Assembly: GCA_951406725.2 (NCBI GenBank)
Contig: OX597818.1
Span: 134,354,001-134,418,000 of the forward strand
From: Octopus vulgaris
Taxonomy: Eukaryota
Reading direction: 5' to 3'
DNA: 64,000 bases
The notes beneath the pieces are model-generated. The model made no database searches. It had not been told where the DNA came from and worked only from the letters and a program-made list of their open reading frames with translations. The translations under genes and the position numbers were made by a program. Positions 40,215 to 53,691 of the stretch are shown in pieces. Numbering within the stretch: position 1 is the stretch's first letter; every line of letters begins with the position of its first letter.

Positions 40215-40913
40215 ACACCATTGTTTTAAGACAACGATCAATAAAATAAGCATTCTAATTCTTATTCTCATTTATGATTACTCCACATATTGAGCTGTGG
40301 AAAAATCTGTGTATGTCCCATATTCTTCGGCTGATTATTATTTTTGTTAAGACCCAAAACCACAAATTTTAATGGATGGTGAGATGGAAATTTATCACGA
40401 GTAATGTAAACTGTACAACTCGTGACTGTTTTTTTTTTTCTTTTGTTTCACCGGAAGTATATTCTCCACCCCGATCCCGCAAAAAATTTACGACGTCATT
40501 TGTAGTTAACAAAAGAGTGAAACAATGAAGCAAGATTAAGTCGAACGATAATGAACATCCTGGTCGGATTCTACAAGTGTCCTGGTCTGATTCTACAAGT
40601 GTCCTCGTCTCCTCCTTAAATTGCTTCATCATTTTTCGTTTTCTTATCCTTAAGATGGATTTATCTTACCACTTATTGCGTATTTCCTGTAATTTCCTTA
40701 ACGGATGCAATTTATAACACAGTAAATGTTCTTTGAATTTTAATGTAATATCCGAAGATCCTTCATTTTATAACAGCGGAAACTATAATAGTAATAACAG
40801 TTGTTGCTTTGTGAAGTGGAGATAACATCGCTATTAGTAAGCGAATGTTCCAAGGAGACATCTCTCTCTCTCTCTCTCTACTCCTTACCTACTTCATGTT
40901 AATATCTCTAACC

Positions 40914-41146
40914 TATTTCTTTATTACCCACAATGGGCTAAACATAGATGGGACAAACAAGGACAGACATAGGTATTAAGTCGATTACACCGACCCCAGT
41001 GCGTAACTGGTACTTAATTTATCGACCCCGAAAGGATGAAAGGCAAAGTCGACCTCGGCGGAATTTGAACTCACAGCGTAACGACAGGCGAAATACGGCT
41101 ACGCATTTCGCCCGGCGTGCTAACGTTTCTGCCAGCTCGCCGCCTT
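40914..41146 (-). mobile_element. SINE-B monomer
   Basis: TSD tcatgttaatatctctaacc. Confidence 0.9.
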
Positions 41147-41534
41147 CTCATGTTAATATCTCTAACCGATTTGCAAAATACTTTGCGGCATTTCGTCTGT
41201 CTTTACGTTCTGAGTTTAAATGCCGTTAAGGTCGACTTTGCTTTTCATGCTTTCGGGATCGATAAAATTAGTTGCAATTGAGCACTGGCATCGATGTAAT
41301 CGACTTGCCCCTTTCCCGAAATTACTGACCTTGTACAAAAATTTAAAAATCAATATCTCTAACCGGTATGAAAAACTAAACTGGACAAGAAGGCTTCAAA
41401 TGCTGTACATAGACAATCAACCAATTTTTTATATGGATGAATTATACGCTGCAAAGTGGTAAATCACTTGAACTACTGCTATAGGTAGTACACATACTCA
41501 ACAAAAGAATTTACTTTCGAGAATTGCGCAGGCG

Positions 41535-41900
41535 TTCAGTCCCACTGCGTGGCATCTTGGGCAAGTGTCTTCTGCTATAGCACCGGGCCGACTAATGCCT
41601 TGTGAGTGGATTTGGTAGACGGAAACTGAAAGAAGCCTGTCGTATATATGTATATATATATATATGTATGTGTGTGTTTGTGTGTCTGTGTTTGTCCCCC
41701 TAGCATTGCTTCACAACCGATACTGGTGTGTTTACGTCCTCGTCACTTAGCGGTTCGGCAAAAGAGACCGATAGAATAAGTACTGGGCTTACAAAGGAAT
41801 AAGTCCCGGGGTCGATTTGCTCGACTAAAGGCGGTGCTCCAGCATGGCCGCAGTCAAAATGACTGAAACAAGCAAAAGAGACAAAAGAGATAAAACGAGA
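41535..41900 (+). mobile_element. SINE-C (5'-truncated)
   Basis: Family motifs. Confidence 0.85.
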
Positions 41901-42063
41901 CAAGAGGCGTGGGTGGGTGTGTAGTAAAACGTTTGCATCCTGACCACATGGTTCCGGGTTCAGTTCTATTGCATGACACCCTGGGTGTCTTCTACTATAG
42001 CCTCGGACCGACCAAAGCCATGTGAGTGCATCTCGTAAACGGACACTATATATATATATATAA

Positions 42064-42256
<193 letters not shown>

Positions 42257-42326
42257 AGATAAAACGGTAAGATAACAAAAGAAAGAAAGAGACCTCAATA
42301 TTATGTAAATAGAGGAAATTTATCTA

Positions 42327-42500
42327 TACAATATGTTACATTACTCGGTAGTCAAGATAAAACTCTGAGTTTCAGATGCCGAAGTGGAAATCCACAACAC
42401 CATCTCTTCGAGATAACCGAAGAGATGGTGTTGTGGATTTCCACTTCGGCATCTGAAACTCAGAGTTTTATCTTGACTACCGAGTAATGTAACATATTGT

Positions 42501-42501
<1 letters not shown>
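42327..42501. repeat. Perfect palindrome, 84-bp arms, 7-bp spacer
   Basis: 42327-42410 is the exact reverse complement of 42418-42501. Confidence 0.95.
42411..42473 (+). ncRNA. Penelope-type hammerhead motif, CCGAAGA core
   Basis: agataa-CCGAAGA-gatg...catc-t-GAAA-ctcagag-TT-ttatct. Six-bp stem I and quasi-palindromic stem III. Confidence 0.62.
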
Positions 42502-42577
<76 letters not shown>

Positions 42578-42638
42578 ACAATCCGCGCTGTGGTAACTGC
42601 GGGTCAATAGAGTAGAATTCAGAAAGGATCTCCGTGTA

Positions 42639-42711
<73 letters not shown>

Positions 42712-42973
42712 GGCGCGTGTGCGTGTGACCTCCGCTTGGCAACCGTTGTTGGAGTGTTTACACCCCCGTAATTTAGTGGTTCGGCAAAATGAATCGATAG
42801 AATAAGTTACAAGCTTTAAAAAAAAATTGATCGCTGGGGTCGATTTGTTCGACTAAAAATTCTCAAAGGCGGTACCCCTGCATGGCTTTAGTCTAATGAC
42901 TGAAATATGTAAAAGATAAAAGATAAGGCAACATTGAAAAGAAGAAAATAAATAAAAACAAACTCTAATATTA

Positions 42974-43374
42974 TCTTTATATATAAAAGTGAAGTTGTGT
43001 GTCTGTCTCCTATGATTTAGATTCCTAACTACTCCCACATTTTGCGGTGCAGTTTAACCAAAACCGGGTATCTTGTAGTCGTGATTCATATCGAGCCCTT
43101 CTGGGTATTAGCGCGCGTCTACGATGAGTCTACGATTTTTAAAATAATTTATCATCATTTTTTTCCATTTTAATGCATTTTTTCGCTATTATATAAGGGA
43201 AGTAACTCTCTAAAAATGTCCACGATGAGTCAACGATTCTAAAAAAAATTTACCATCATTTTTTTTCCATTTTTAATGCATTTTTTTTTTGCTATTTTTT
43301 GGCTATAACTCTCTAAAAATGCTTATATAGTTATTTCCCTTACAAACCCGAGCAACGCCGGGCGATACTGCTAG
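42974..43374 (+). mobile_element. Non-autonomous Helitron, type I
   Basis: TC...cccgagcaacgccggg...CTAG. Confidence 0.88.
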
Positions 43375-43500
43375 AGTTAGATAAAGAAGAAATAACTGAA
43401 TTAAACCAAACCCTGACTTAAAAGCAAATACTTAGGAGCCAATAAATTTCACAAAGTACATCACACAGCTGAAAGAAATGGTTTTATTTAAACCGTATTT

Positions 43501-43890
43501 AAGGCGGCGAGCTGGCAGAAATGTTAGTACGCCGGGTGAAATGCGTAGCCGTATTCCGTCTGCCGTTACGTTCTGAGTTTTAAATTCCGCCGAGGTCGAC
43601 TTTGCCTTTCATCCTTTCGGGGGTCGATAAATTAAGTACCAGTTACGCACTGGGGTCGATATAATCGACTTAATCCGTTTGTCTGTCCTTTTTTGTCCTC
43701 TTTGTGTTTAGCCCCTTGTGGGTAGTAAAGAAATAGGTATTTTGTCCGGGTTCAAATTCTGCCGTTGTCGATTTTGCCTTTCATCCTTTCGGGGTCGATA
43801 AAATGAGTACCAGTTGAGCATTGGGGTCGATGTGATTGTCTTACCCCCTCCATCGAAATTGCCGGCCTTGTGCCAACATTTGAAATCAAT
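43501..43890 (+). mobile_element. SINE-B (head, 1 unit, older tail)
   Basis: aaataggtattt junction. Confidence 0.85.
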
Positions 43891-44691
43891 ATTATGAAGT
43901 ACTTGACATTTTCCACGTATTTCGATGGTTTTCCTGTAGATAAAGCACTGCTTTGTATAGTAAATTGCGTTACCTAAAACACTAGAATTTGAACTTAAAA
44001 AAGACAGGTTTGGATATTATAAAACATTCATGTCATTGCTCTACAATGTCCTTCTTTCACCGCAGGATATTAGTAAGGGTTACACCCAATTAAATGCATA
44101 TTTCATCCTATTAAAATTCTTTCATTCTCTCCGAGTTATTAGCACATACACCTTTAGGAAATCCTTTAAACTTAAGATACTAAATATAACAACTTCGTAA
44201 GAGAAAGGCTGAAACAATCGTTTCCTGTCAGTCGTAATAGTGTATCCCAAGTTCAGGTCAAATATTCAAAGCTGAATGGATGCCTGTTGTAGGACATTCC
44301 AACTAAAACACCATTTGATGGGTGGTGAATCAATTAGTAAACCGCCCAATACTAAGCATCCATTTAGAGGAATTCGCTTACAAACGGATTAATAGATGAT
44401 TGGCATCGTTAGTGAGATAGTCGAGGCTTGGTTCAATGAGTTAAATCAAGGCTGTAGCAAAATAATTATATGCTGAAATGGTGACAGCTATAGAATGGAT
44501 GGGCATTGGAGAATGTAAAATAAGGGGACATCTGAGAGATATGCAATAGGACACTAAAGGAAGCATTAAGGACTGTGGAGTTCAGTGACATTACTGACTG
44601 TAGAATAGGGGACAGTTTAACCCTGCCTTTGAAATTAGTTGGGGATGGAAACGTATCGGAATCTGAGCGGTGTCATTCTCTATAATATATT

Positions 44692-45277
44692 AAGGCGGCG
44701 AGCTGGCAGAAACGTAAGCACGCCAGGCGAAATGCGTAGCCGTATTTCGTCTGCCATTACGTTCTGAGTTCAAATTCCGCCGAAGTCGACTTTACCTTTC
44801 ATCCTTTCGGGGTCGATAAATTAAGTACCAGTTACGCACTGGGGTCGATGTAATCGACTTAATCCGTTTGTCTGTCTTTGTTTGTCCCCTCTGTGTTTAG
44901 CCCCTTGTGGGTAGTAAAGAAATAGGTATTTCGCCCGCCGCTGCGTTCTGAGTTCAAATTCCACCGAGGTCGACTTTGCCTTTCATCCTTTCGGGATCGA
45001 TAAATTAAGTACCAGTTACGCACTGGGGTCGATGTAATCGACTTAATCCGTTTGTCTGTCCTTGTTTGTCCCCTCTGTGTTTAGCCCCTTGTGGGTAGTA
45101 AAGAAATAGGTATTTCGTCTGCCGTTACGTTCTGAGTTCAAATTCCGCCGCGGTCGACTTTGCCTTCCATCCTTTCGGGATCGATAAAATGAGTACCAGT
45201 TGCGTACTGCGGTCGATCTAATCGACTAGCCCTCTCCCCAGGAATTTCGGGCCATTGTGCCTAGAGTAGAAAAGATT
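44692..45277 (+). mobile_element. SINE-B array (head, 2 units, older tail)
   Basis: The whole array is flanked by ctataatatatt. Confidence 0.9.
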
Positions 45278-45957
45278 CCCTATAATATATTCTAGGATAT
45301 CTTCCTTCACTCAATTGTCTCCCTTCACTTTGACGTCTTGCCCATGTGTATTGACTCGTTAAGCCATCACTGTTCTTTTCACATTCTCTTCCTCTTCAAT
45401 TTCATGTGTCGTTCGTACGAATAATTTAGGCAGAAAATGCCGTAACACCACGGAACACCGTATTTTTGGGTATTGTAAACACTTCCAACAATGATATTAC
45501 GTGTAACTGAAATTTTGCTGTCCATTTTTTTTGGAAGATTAAACCTCTTTCCAACGAACTTAAACTAATACCCTTTTCTTGCACTTGACGTGATCATTAG
45601 ATTAAATAAGTTGGTGGTGTTAATGAATTTGCATTATTTCATAAAACGGTCAATTCAAAGTTTTTTTTATCAATTGAAGGCACGTGAATCATAATTCATG
45701 ATACCAAATATTTACCCTCCCCAAATATGATGATATTTCTCTTGCAGGCGCCTTCAGAGAGGAAGGAAACACTTAACATAGAGACTTAGATACTCAGTTC
45801 ATTGAGTTCATTGGATTTGATAAGATGAGGTGATGGAAAGATATCATTGCATCTTATTGTGATGAGCTTTTATGAGGTAAATAATATAATTGAAATGTTA
45901 GGAGTAGTGAGCCAACAGAAATGGTAGAATGTAATACTTAGTACATTAGAAGAAATG

Positions 45958-46489
45958 TGGAAGCACTCCGTCGGTTACGACGACGAGGGTTCCGGTTGAT
46001 CCGATCAACGGAACAGCCTGCTCGTGAAATTAACGTGTAAGTGACTGAGCACTCCACAGACACGTGTACCCTTAACGTAGTTCTCGGGGATATTCAGCGT
46101 GACACAGAGAGTGACAAGGCCGGCCCTTTGAAAATACAGGTACAACAGAAACAGGAAGTAAGAGTAAGAGAAAGTTGTGGTGAAAGAGTACAGCAGGGAT
46201 CACCACCATCCCCTGCCGGAGCCTCGTGAAGCTTTAGGTGTTTTCGCTCAATAAACACTCACAACGCCCGGTCTGGGAATCGAAACCGCGATCCTACGAC
46301 CGCGAGTCCGCTGCTCTAACCACTGGGCCTTGTCACTCTCTGTATCACGCTGAATATCCCCGAGAACTACGTTAAGGGTACACGTGTCTGTGGAGTGCTC
46401 AGCCACTTACACGTTAATTTCACGAGCAGGCTGTTCCGTCGATCGGATCAACCGGAACCCTCGTTGTCGTAACCGACGGAGTGCTTCCA
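45958..46489. mobile_element. Fused inverted SINE-A pair (fold-back)
   Basis: Minus copy runs to 46329 and joins via ggcc to the plus-strand 3' half. Confidence 0.9.
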
Positions 46490-46795
46490 CCACTATGCGC
46501 TTTTATTTCAGCCCCTGATATCACAAAAAAAAGTGGGGCAAGACAATTGTCTACTCTGAATCCCTGCGATAGCATTGTGAAAAGTTATTGAGTAGAAAAA
46601 ATAATTAATTTAAAATAGGCAAGTAAATTCTACACTATTTTGGAAAACCAGCATATTTTTTAAGGAAACGAAAATGTAAAAGTAAATTATTATTTAAGGT
46701 TCTGTATTTGTTTATTTTGGGGCTCGTTTCTTTATGGAGCTCAATGTGAACCATCTTCTGAAAATCTCTGATGCAGCAATTCTGAGTAAATGAAC

Positions 46796-47226
46796 AGGTG
46801 TGACTGTGAGGCTCGGAAGCTTGCTTCCCAACCAAGTGGTCTTAGATCCTATCCCACTATGCGGAATCTTGGGCAATAAGTGCCTTATACTATAGTTCCA
46901 GGTTGATCAAAGCCTTGTGAGTGAGTTTGGTAGACGGAAACTGTATGAAACGCCGTCGTGTGTGTGTGTATCTGTGTGTGTGTGTGTATGGCAGGTATAT
47001 CCTTGTGTGTGTCTTTGTGCTATGTTTGTCCCCCACCTTCACTTTACAACCAGTGTTGGCGTGTTTACGACCCAGTAACTTGGCGGTTCAGCAAGAGACA
47101 TCAGTAGAATAAGTACCAAACTTGGAAAATAAATACTAGAGTAGACTTATTCAATTAAACCCTTCAAGGCGGTGACTCAGCATGGCTGCAGCTCAGTGAC
47201 TTAAGCATGTAAAAGATATAAAAGAT
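46796..47226 (+). mobile_element. SINE-C (diverged)
   Basis: Family motifs. Confidence 0.75.
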
Positions 47227-47769
47227 AGTTCCGGACCAACTGAATATTGTCTGCATTTTTTTATTTTTTATCCCAAATAAACTGAATTCATGTGATTGCA
47301 TATATTTTAGATATTAGTAAACGCTAGCAAGGCTGTCAATAATCTAAAACATTTTTTTGCAAGACAGATATCTGCCACCATTTCTGGTCACTTCTCCTTC
47401 ATATTTCTTTCCTCAATTTTTTTTTCTGTATTTCAATTTCTTTAAATAGTCGTGAGCTTAAGAAAACCGCTTAATTTGCTTCAGAGTTCAAAGTAATCGC
47501 GGGAAATTAGCTCGATGGAAACTTTTACACAAATTAATCGTATAGGCGGCTCGTTTTGGTATGATAAACTTAAACCATGTTCTTTCTTCTTCGCAGTAGA
47601 TCAAGAGCTACTTGCATTTAAGACCGCAAGTAGAACGGTGCAATTGAAGAGATTGGCGTACAAAATCTTGTTCAACAAGTTAAACGCTTTCCATCTTTTA
47701 AAGCTAAAAATGTACAGAATTATTTTCATTTATCATAGTTTATACCCCAAATAAGACTTTTATATATTA

Positions 47770-48170
47770 CTAGCAGTATCGCCCGGCGTTGCTCGGGTTT
47801 GTAAGGGAAATAACTATATAAGCATTTTTAGAGAGTTATAGCCAAAAAATAGCAAAAAATGCATTAAAAATGGAAAAAAAAATGATGGTAATTTTTTTTT
47901 TTAATCGTTGACTCATCGTAGACATTTTTAGAGAGTTACTTCCCTTATATAATAGCGAAAAAATGCATTAAAATGGAAAAAATGATAGTAATTTTATTTT
48001 TAAATCGTAGACTCATCGTAGACGCGCGCTAATACCCAGAAGGGCTCGATATGAATCACGACTATAAGATACCCGGTTTTGGTTAAATTGCACCGCAAAA
48101 TGTGGGAGTAGTTAGGAATCTAAATCGTAGGAGACAGACACTCACGCAACTTCACTTTTATATATAAAGA
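47770..48170 (-). mobile_element. Non-autonomous Helitron, type I
   Basis: TC...CTAG, A^T target. Confidence 0.88.
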
Positions 48171-48678
48171 TAGAAAACCAGATATTTTGCCGAAAATATT
48201 GACCATAAATGCTGAAGTAGAAAGGTCTTTTGCTGTGTGTGGCTGTTTTGAACATGAAAGTATCTTCGTTTCTTCAGTGCAAGATATGTTCTTGCATTGG
48301 CCTTTCAGTACACTAATTTATTTGGTCAGTGCACTCATTCCTTTAGTCATTGTACCCATTTCTTTGGCCATTACCCTTATACCAGTTATATGCACCGAAT
48401 TTCTAATCAGGTTTACAAGTGACATGTTCAGTTTTCAAGCATACCACAGTTACCACGAAATGATTGACGTCATTAGCTGTAGCGGAATGTAACGTTGTTT
48501 GTAGATGAAGTTTGAATAATGGGATTGTTAGGGAAGTACCAAACCCATAATAGAATCGTATCAGGATTAATAAATCTGTATCAGGATTCTTCTCTGTTAA
48601 AGTTCTTTACATTGGCCCAAGACACTGAGTGAAATGCTGTAACAACATAATTTGTCTCCGTATTTGACATATATATAT

Positions 48679-49062
48679 GGAGGCGCAATGGCCCAGTGGT
48701 TAGGGCAGCGGACTCGCGATCGTAGGATCGCGGTTTCGATTCCCAGACCGGGCGTTGTGAGTGTTTATTGAGCGAAAACACCTTAAAAGCTCCACGAGGC
48801 TCCGGCAGGGGATGGTGGTGATCCCTGCTGTACTCTTTCACCACAACTTTCTCTCACTCTTACTTCCTGTTTCTGTTGTGCCTGTATTTCAAAGGGCCGG
48901 CCTTGTCACTCTCTGTGTCACGCTGAATATCCCCGAGAACTACGTTAAGGGTACACGTGTCTGTGGAGCGCTCAGCCACTTACACGTTAATTTCACGAGC
49001 AGGCTGTTCCGTTGATCGGATCAACCGGAACCCTCGTCGTCGTAACCGACGGAGTGCTTCCA
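48679..49062 (+). mobile_element. SINE-A
   Basis: Full-length copy. Confidence 0.92.
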
Positions 49063-49274
49063 TCCCATATATACATTATACATATATGCATGTATAAGTA
49101 TATATATATATATACATATCATACATATATACATATGCATCTAAATATGTATGTATGTGTATATATACTTTTTCTTTACCCATTCTCTTCCGGTAATTCA
49201 AAATGTGACCGCGTGTGTAGCGTTGGTGATTTTTTTCCTCCGTCTTCCCTTCTTTGGGTCTTTCCTTTTCCTAT

Positions 49275-49309
49275 GTTTCTGACGAAGAGCTCCGCTCGAA
49301 ACGTTAAAC
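49275..49309 (+). ncRNA. Minimal hammerhead ribozyme (Penelope-type)
   Basis: gttt-CTGACGA-a-gagc-tcc-gctc-GAAA-cg-TT-aaac. Canonical core and palindromic aacgtt stem III. Confidence 0.75.
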
Positions 49310-49404
49310 CCTCCTTTCCTACCTTCCTGAGCGTCCAATAATACAATATTTGTTCCACGTCCTCGCGTTGTTGTTTTCTCTTTGTGTTTTCATGTTTGGA
49401 TTGA

Positions 49405-50104
49405 CAACTCAACTCCAGTCTGATCTATATGCTGTGAGTCAATGGGCAGACAGAAACAAAATGCAACTGAACGAGGGAAAATTTGAGCTGATGCATTTTG
49501 GAAGAAATTCCTCACTAAAGCAGCCATACTCTCTTCCTTCAGGGGAACCGCTCACAGCCTCTAACAACATCAGAGACCTAGGTGTAATTGTTGATGACGA
49601 TCTCAGTTGGAGTGCACACATCAACAAGAAGGTCGATATAGCTCGTAGGATGAGTTCCTGGATCTTAAGAACTTTCCGGTCCAGAGAACAAGGTGACATC
49701 ATACCACTCTTCTCCTCCTTTGTACGGCCACACCTCGAATACTGCTGTCCACTGTGGTCTCCCCATACAAGACAAAACATCTCGAGGATTGAATCACCCC
49801 AGAGAGCATTCACTAAACGAATTGAAGGCATGGCTGCTCTCGATTATTGGGATCGCCTTAAAGCCTTGAAACTCTACTCTCTCCAGCGTCGCCGTGAGCG
49901 GTACATCATTTGTACGATGTGGAGAATATACCGCCAACTTTGCCCAAACGACCTGAACATAAGCTTCAAGGTTCATCCAAGACTGGGACCACGGGTCATA
50001 CGTCCCCTGCCCAATTCAAGATCACATCATACATATCCACTACAACATAATTTCTTTTCCTCAACAGGCCCTGCCCTATTTAACATTGTCCCGAAAGAGA
50101 TCAA

Positions 50105-50105
<1 letters not shown>
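49405..50105 (+). mobile_element. CR1/L2-group LINE ORF2 C-terminal fragment
   Basis: [37 protein letters not shown] and [10 protein letters not shown]. Paralogous to 14529-15173. Confidence 0.9.
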
Positions 50106-50168
<63 letters not shown>

Positions 50169-50234
50169 TGTGTGTATGTATGTATGTGTGTGTGTTTGTA
50201 TGTATGTATGTATGTGTGTATGTATGTATGTATG

Positions 50235-50277
<43 letters not shown>

Positions 50278-50294
50278 TTATATATATGTATATT

Positions 50295-50346
<52 letters not shown>

Positions 50347-50446
50347 GATGAATATGGTTTGTCGTCTCGATACTTAAGCCGATTTACAATGGGTATAGGG
50401 TACCCGTTGGTTTCAATACCTCTAGGAAGTGTGTAGTGTGGGACAG

Positions 50447-50486
<40 letters not shown>

Positions 50487-50771
50487 CAGATACCCATCTG
50501 TCTATCATACTTAATGTATACACACCGTTGAAAGGTCAGTTACGGCAGTATTCGTCTTACTGCAGTCATGAGATAACATTTCCTCTGGGATTGGTTTCTT
50601 AGAAATGATATATATCATTAGGAGACGAAAAATCGCCTTAGCCGACTTCAGTAACGTGCACTAGCAGCCAATGCCTGGAAATAGTGTGTGTGTGTGTGTG
50701 TGTGTGTGTGATGAAGCGTATGAAGTATATATACATACATTCATATATGAATACACACAATACACACACAT

Positions 50772-50834
<63 letters not shown>

Positions 50835-51336
50835 CTATCTCTCTCTCTCTCACACACACACACACAAAGCCAGACAGACAGTTTTCGTCATCTGAATTTC
50901 ATTGAAAAGGCATTGGTCGAGACTTGCTTAAGGTGCCCCACAGTGGCCACACACCTGGAAACATCGAACATTTTAATCTTACAGTCACAGAATTTGCATG
51001 CAATAAAATTGAAGAGTGAGTTTTCTGTATTAAGTTTGTCCTTATCTTTCCTCCATATATATTCTTCCTCTGGCATAAACGTTAATCGGGGTCGATTAAA
51101 TAAGTACCAGTAATCGACTTAATCCGTTCGTCTATCCTTGTTTGTCCTCTCTGTGTTTAGCCCCATGTGTATAGTAAAGAAATAGGTATTTCGCCTGTGT
51201 TTACATTTTGAGTTCAAATTCCGTTGAGGTTGACTTTGCTTTTTATCCATTTCGGATCTATTCAACTTGACGTAGATATTATTTAATTAATTTTTTTTAA
51301 ACTTAAACACTTTGAAACTTCCGATACTTATGGGAA

Positions 51337-51689
51337 TGGAAGCACTCCGTCGATTACTACGACGTTGGTTCCGGTTGATCCGATCAACGGAACAGCCTGC
51401 TCGTGAAATTAACGTGTAAGTGGCTGAGCACTCCACAGACACGTGTACCCTTAACGTAGTTCTCGGGGATATTTAGCGTGACACAGAGAGTGACAAGGCC
51501 GGCCCTTTGAAATACAGGTACAACAGAAACAGGAAGTAAGAGAAAGTTGTGGTGAAAGAGTACAGCAGGGATCACCACCATCCCCTGCCGGAGCCTCGTG
51601 AAGCTTTAGGTGTTTTCGCTCAATAAACACTCACAACGCCTGGTCTGGGAATCGAAACCGCGATCCTACGACTGGGCCATTGCTCCGCC
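51337..51689 (-). mobile_element. SINE-A (internal deletion in head)
   Basis: TSD tccgatactta. Confidence 0.9.
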
Positions 51690-52166
51690 ACTCCGATACT
51701 TATACAATGTGTCACATATAACAAGGTTTACTCTGCCTCTCCAATTCACGGAACTCGCACTTTCTGACAGCCATCTCCGGCTCAATAGCGGTAAGCAGGG
51801 ATATGCTGCGGGAACCTAGAACGTCGTAAGTCTCCACTACCACAAGCTCGACCATAAACCTGTCGTCTTCCTTCTTGTTTCCCTGAGCGATATAAGCTTA
51901 ATTATTTTAAATCATGTGTTGACTGTTTTGTTGTTTTTAAGGAAGCTTTTCGTTGGATTTTTTTTTCTTTTGTAGCTCCTAAAACAGTACTTTCTTAAGA
52001 CTTGTTTTATTACCTCCACGTGAGAAGCGACTTCCAATAAAGAAATTACTCCAACCAAACTGATCTAAGTCTAGAATGTGTTATTTAACAATGGATGAAA
52101 TTAACACAAGCATGACTAATATTTGGGTGGCTCATTACGCCAACAATAAATATACGCAATGGTTAT

Positions 52167-52565
52167 ACTCTTACTCTTTATTCTTTTACTTGTTTCAGTC
52201 ATTTGACTGCGGCCATGCTGGAGCACCACCTTTAGTCGAGCACATAGACCCCGGGACTTATTCTTTGTAAACCCAGTACTTATTCTATCGGTCTCTTTTG
52301 CCGAACCGCTAACACACCAGCATCGGTTGTCAAGCAATGCTAGGGGGACAAACACAGACACACAAACACATACACACACATACATATATATATACATATA
52401 TACGACAGGCTTCTTTCAGTTTCCGTCTACCAAATCCACTCACAAGGCATTGGTCGGCCCGGGTCTATAGCAGAAGACATTTGCCCAAGATGCCACGCAG
52501 TGGGACTGAACCCAGAACCATGTGGTTGGTTAGCAAGCTACTTACCACACAGCCACTCCTGCGCC
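52167..52565 (-). mobile_element. SINE-C
   Basis: Family motifs. Confidence 0.88.
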
Positions 52566-52585
52566 TTATATTTCACTTCTTTAAC

Positions 52586-52621
52586 TATTATTATTATTAT
52601 TATTATTATCATTATTATTAT

Positions 52622-52688
<67 letters not shown>

Positions 52689-52707
52689 CGTCGTCGTCGT
52701 CGTCGTC
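52586..52707. repeat. Compound (TAT)n(TAG)n(TCG)n microsatellite
   Basis: Direct read. Confidence 0.9.
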
Positions 52708-53096
52708 AACTTGTAATGGCAACGAGCTAGCAGAATCGTTAACATGCTTGACAGTGCTTAGCACTATTTCTTCCGGCTTTGCGTTCTGAGTTCAAATTTC
52801 CCCGAGGCCGATTTTGCCTTTCATCCTTGTGGGGTCGATAAAATTAAAGTTGAGCACTGGGGATAGATATAGTCGCCTTGACCCTCCCCTTAAAATGGTT
52901 GGCCTTGTGCCAAAATTTTAAATCATTATTTATCAGCTACTTAATCATTTAACCAATCGAGTTTTGATTAATCGTTCGGTCAGTCAATCAGATGTTCGCA
53001 AAAGTTCTTCCATCAGTATTCATTACCTCATCAATGTCATGCCCTCTCTGCACCAGTTCTGCTTAACAAAATATTTGTGTTGTATTGATTTAACGT

Positions 53097-53482
53097 GGTG
53101 GCGCAATGGCCCAGTGGTTAGGGCAGCGGACTCGCGGTCGTAGGATCGCGGTTTCGATTCCCAGACCGGGCGTTGTGAGTGTTTATTGAGCGAAAACACC
53201 TAAAGCTCCACGAGGCTCCGACAGGAGATGGTGGTGATCCCTGCTGTACTCTTTCACCACAACTTTCTCTCACTCTTACTTCCTGTTTCTGTTGTACCTG
53301 TATTTCAAAGGGCCGGCCTTGTCACTCTCTGTGTCACGCTGAATATCCCCGAGAACTACGTTAAGGGTACACGTGTCTGTGGAGTGCTCAGCCACTTACA
53401 CGTTAATTTCACGAGCAGGCTGTTCCGTTGATCGGATCAACAGGAACCCTCGTCGTCGTAACCGACGGAGTGCTTTCATCCA
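53097..53482 (+). mobile_element. SINE-A
   Basis: TSD attgatttaa. Confidence 0.92.
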
Positions 53483-53691
53483 TTGATTTAATAGTTATTT
53501 AAAACTACTTTTTACCTTTCTTGCATAGAAAGCCAAATTTCATAATGCAGCCTTTATAATGTTCTAACATTAAGATGAAAGCCAATGGCGCGTTTTCTTA
53601 AGAAATGCTTTACTGCGTTTTGGTTCCGCTGAATGAAAATTGGCAAAAAATATCACGCTTGACTTCATGGCTTGATCCGTGCAGAACGTGG

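Noticed and set aside
45735-45800. Possible host exon after ttctcttgcag (similar lone splice-like motifs near 5610, 35385 and 44065)
   Set aside because: No paired donor/acceptor with a recognisable reading frame; cannot be supported without RNA data.
48187-48492. NAEVERSF as a hAT dimerisation motif
   Set aside because: A single short match with no supporting context.
49350-50351. 333-aa ORF as a gene with a signal peptide
   Set aside because: Chimera of a T-rich repeat end, a LINE fragment and a microsatellite.
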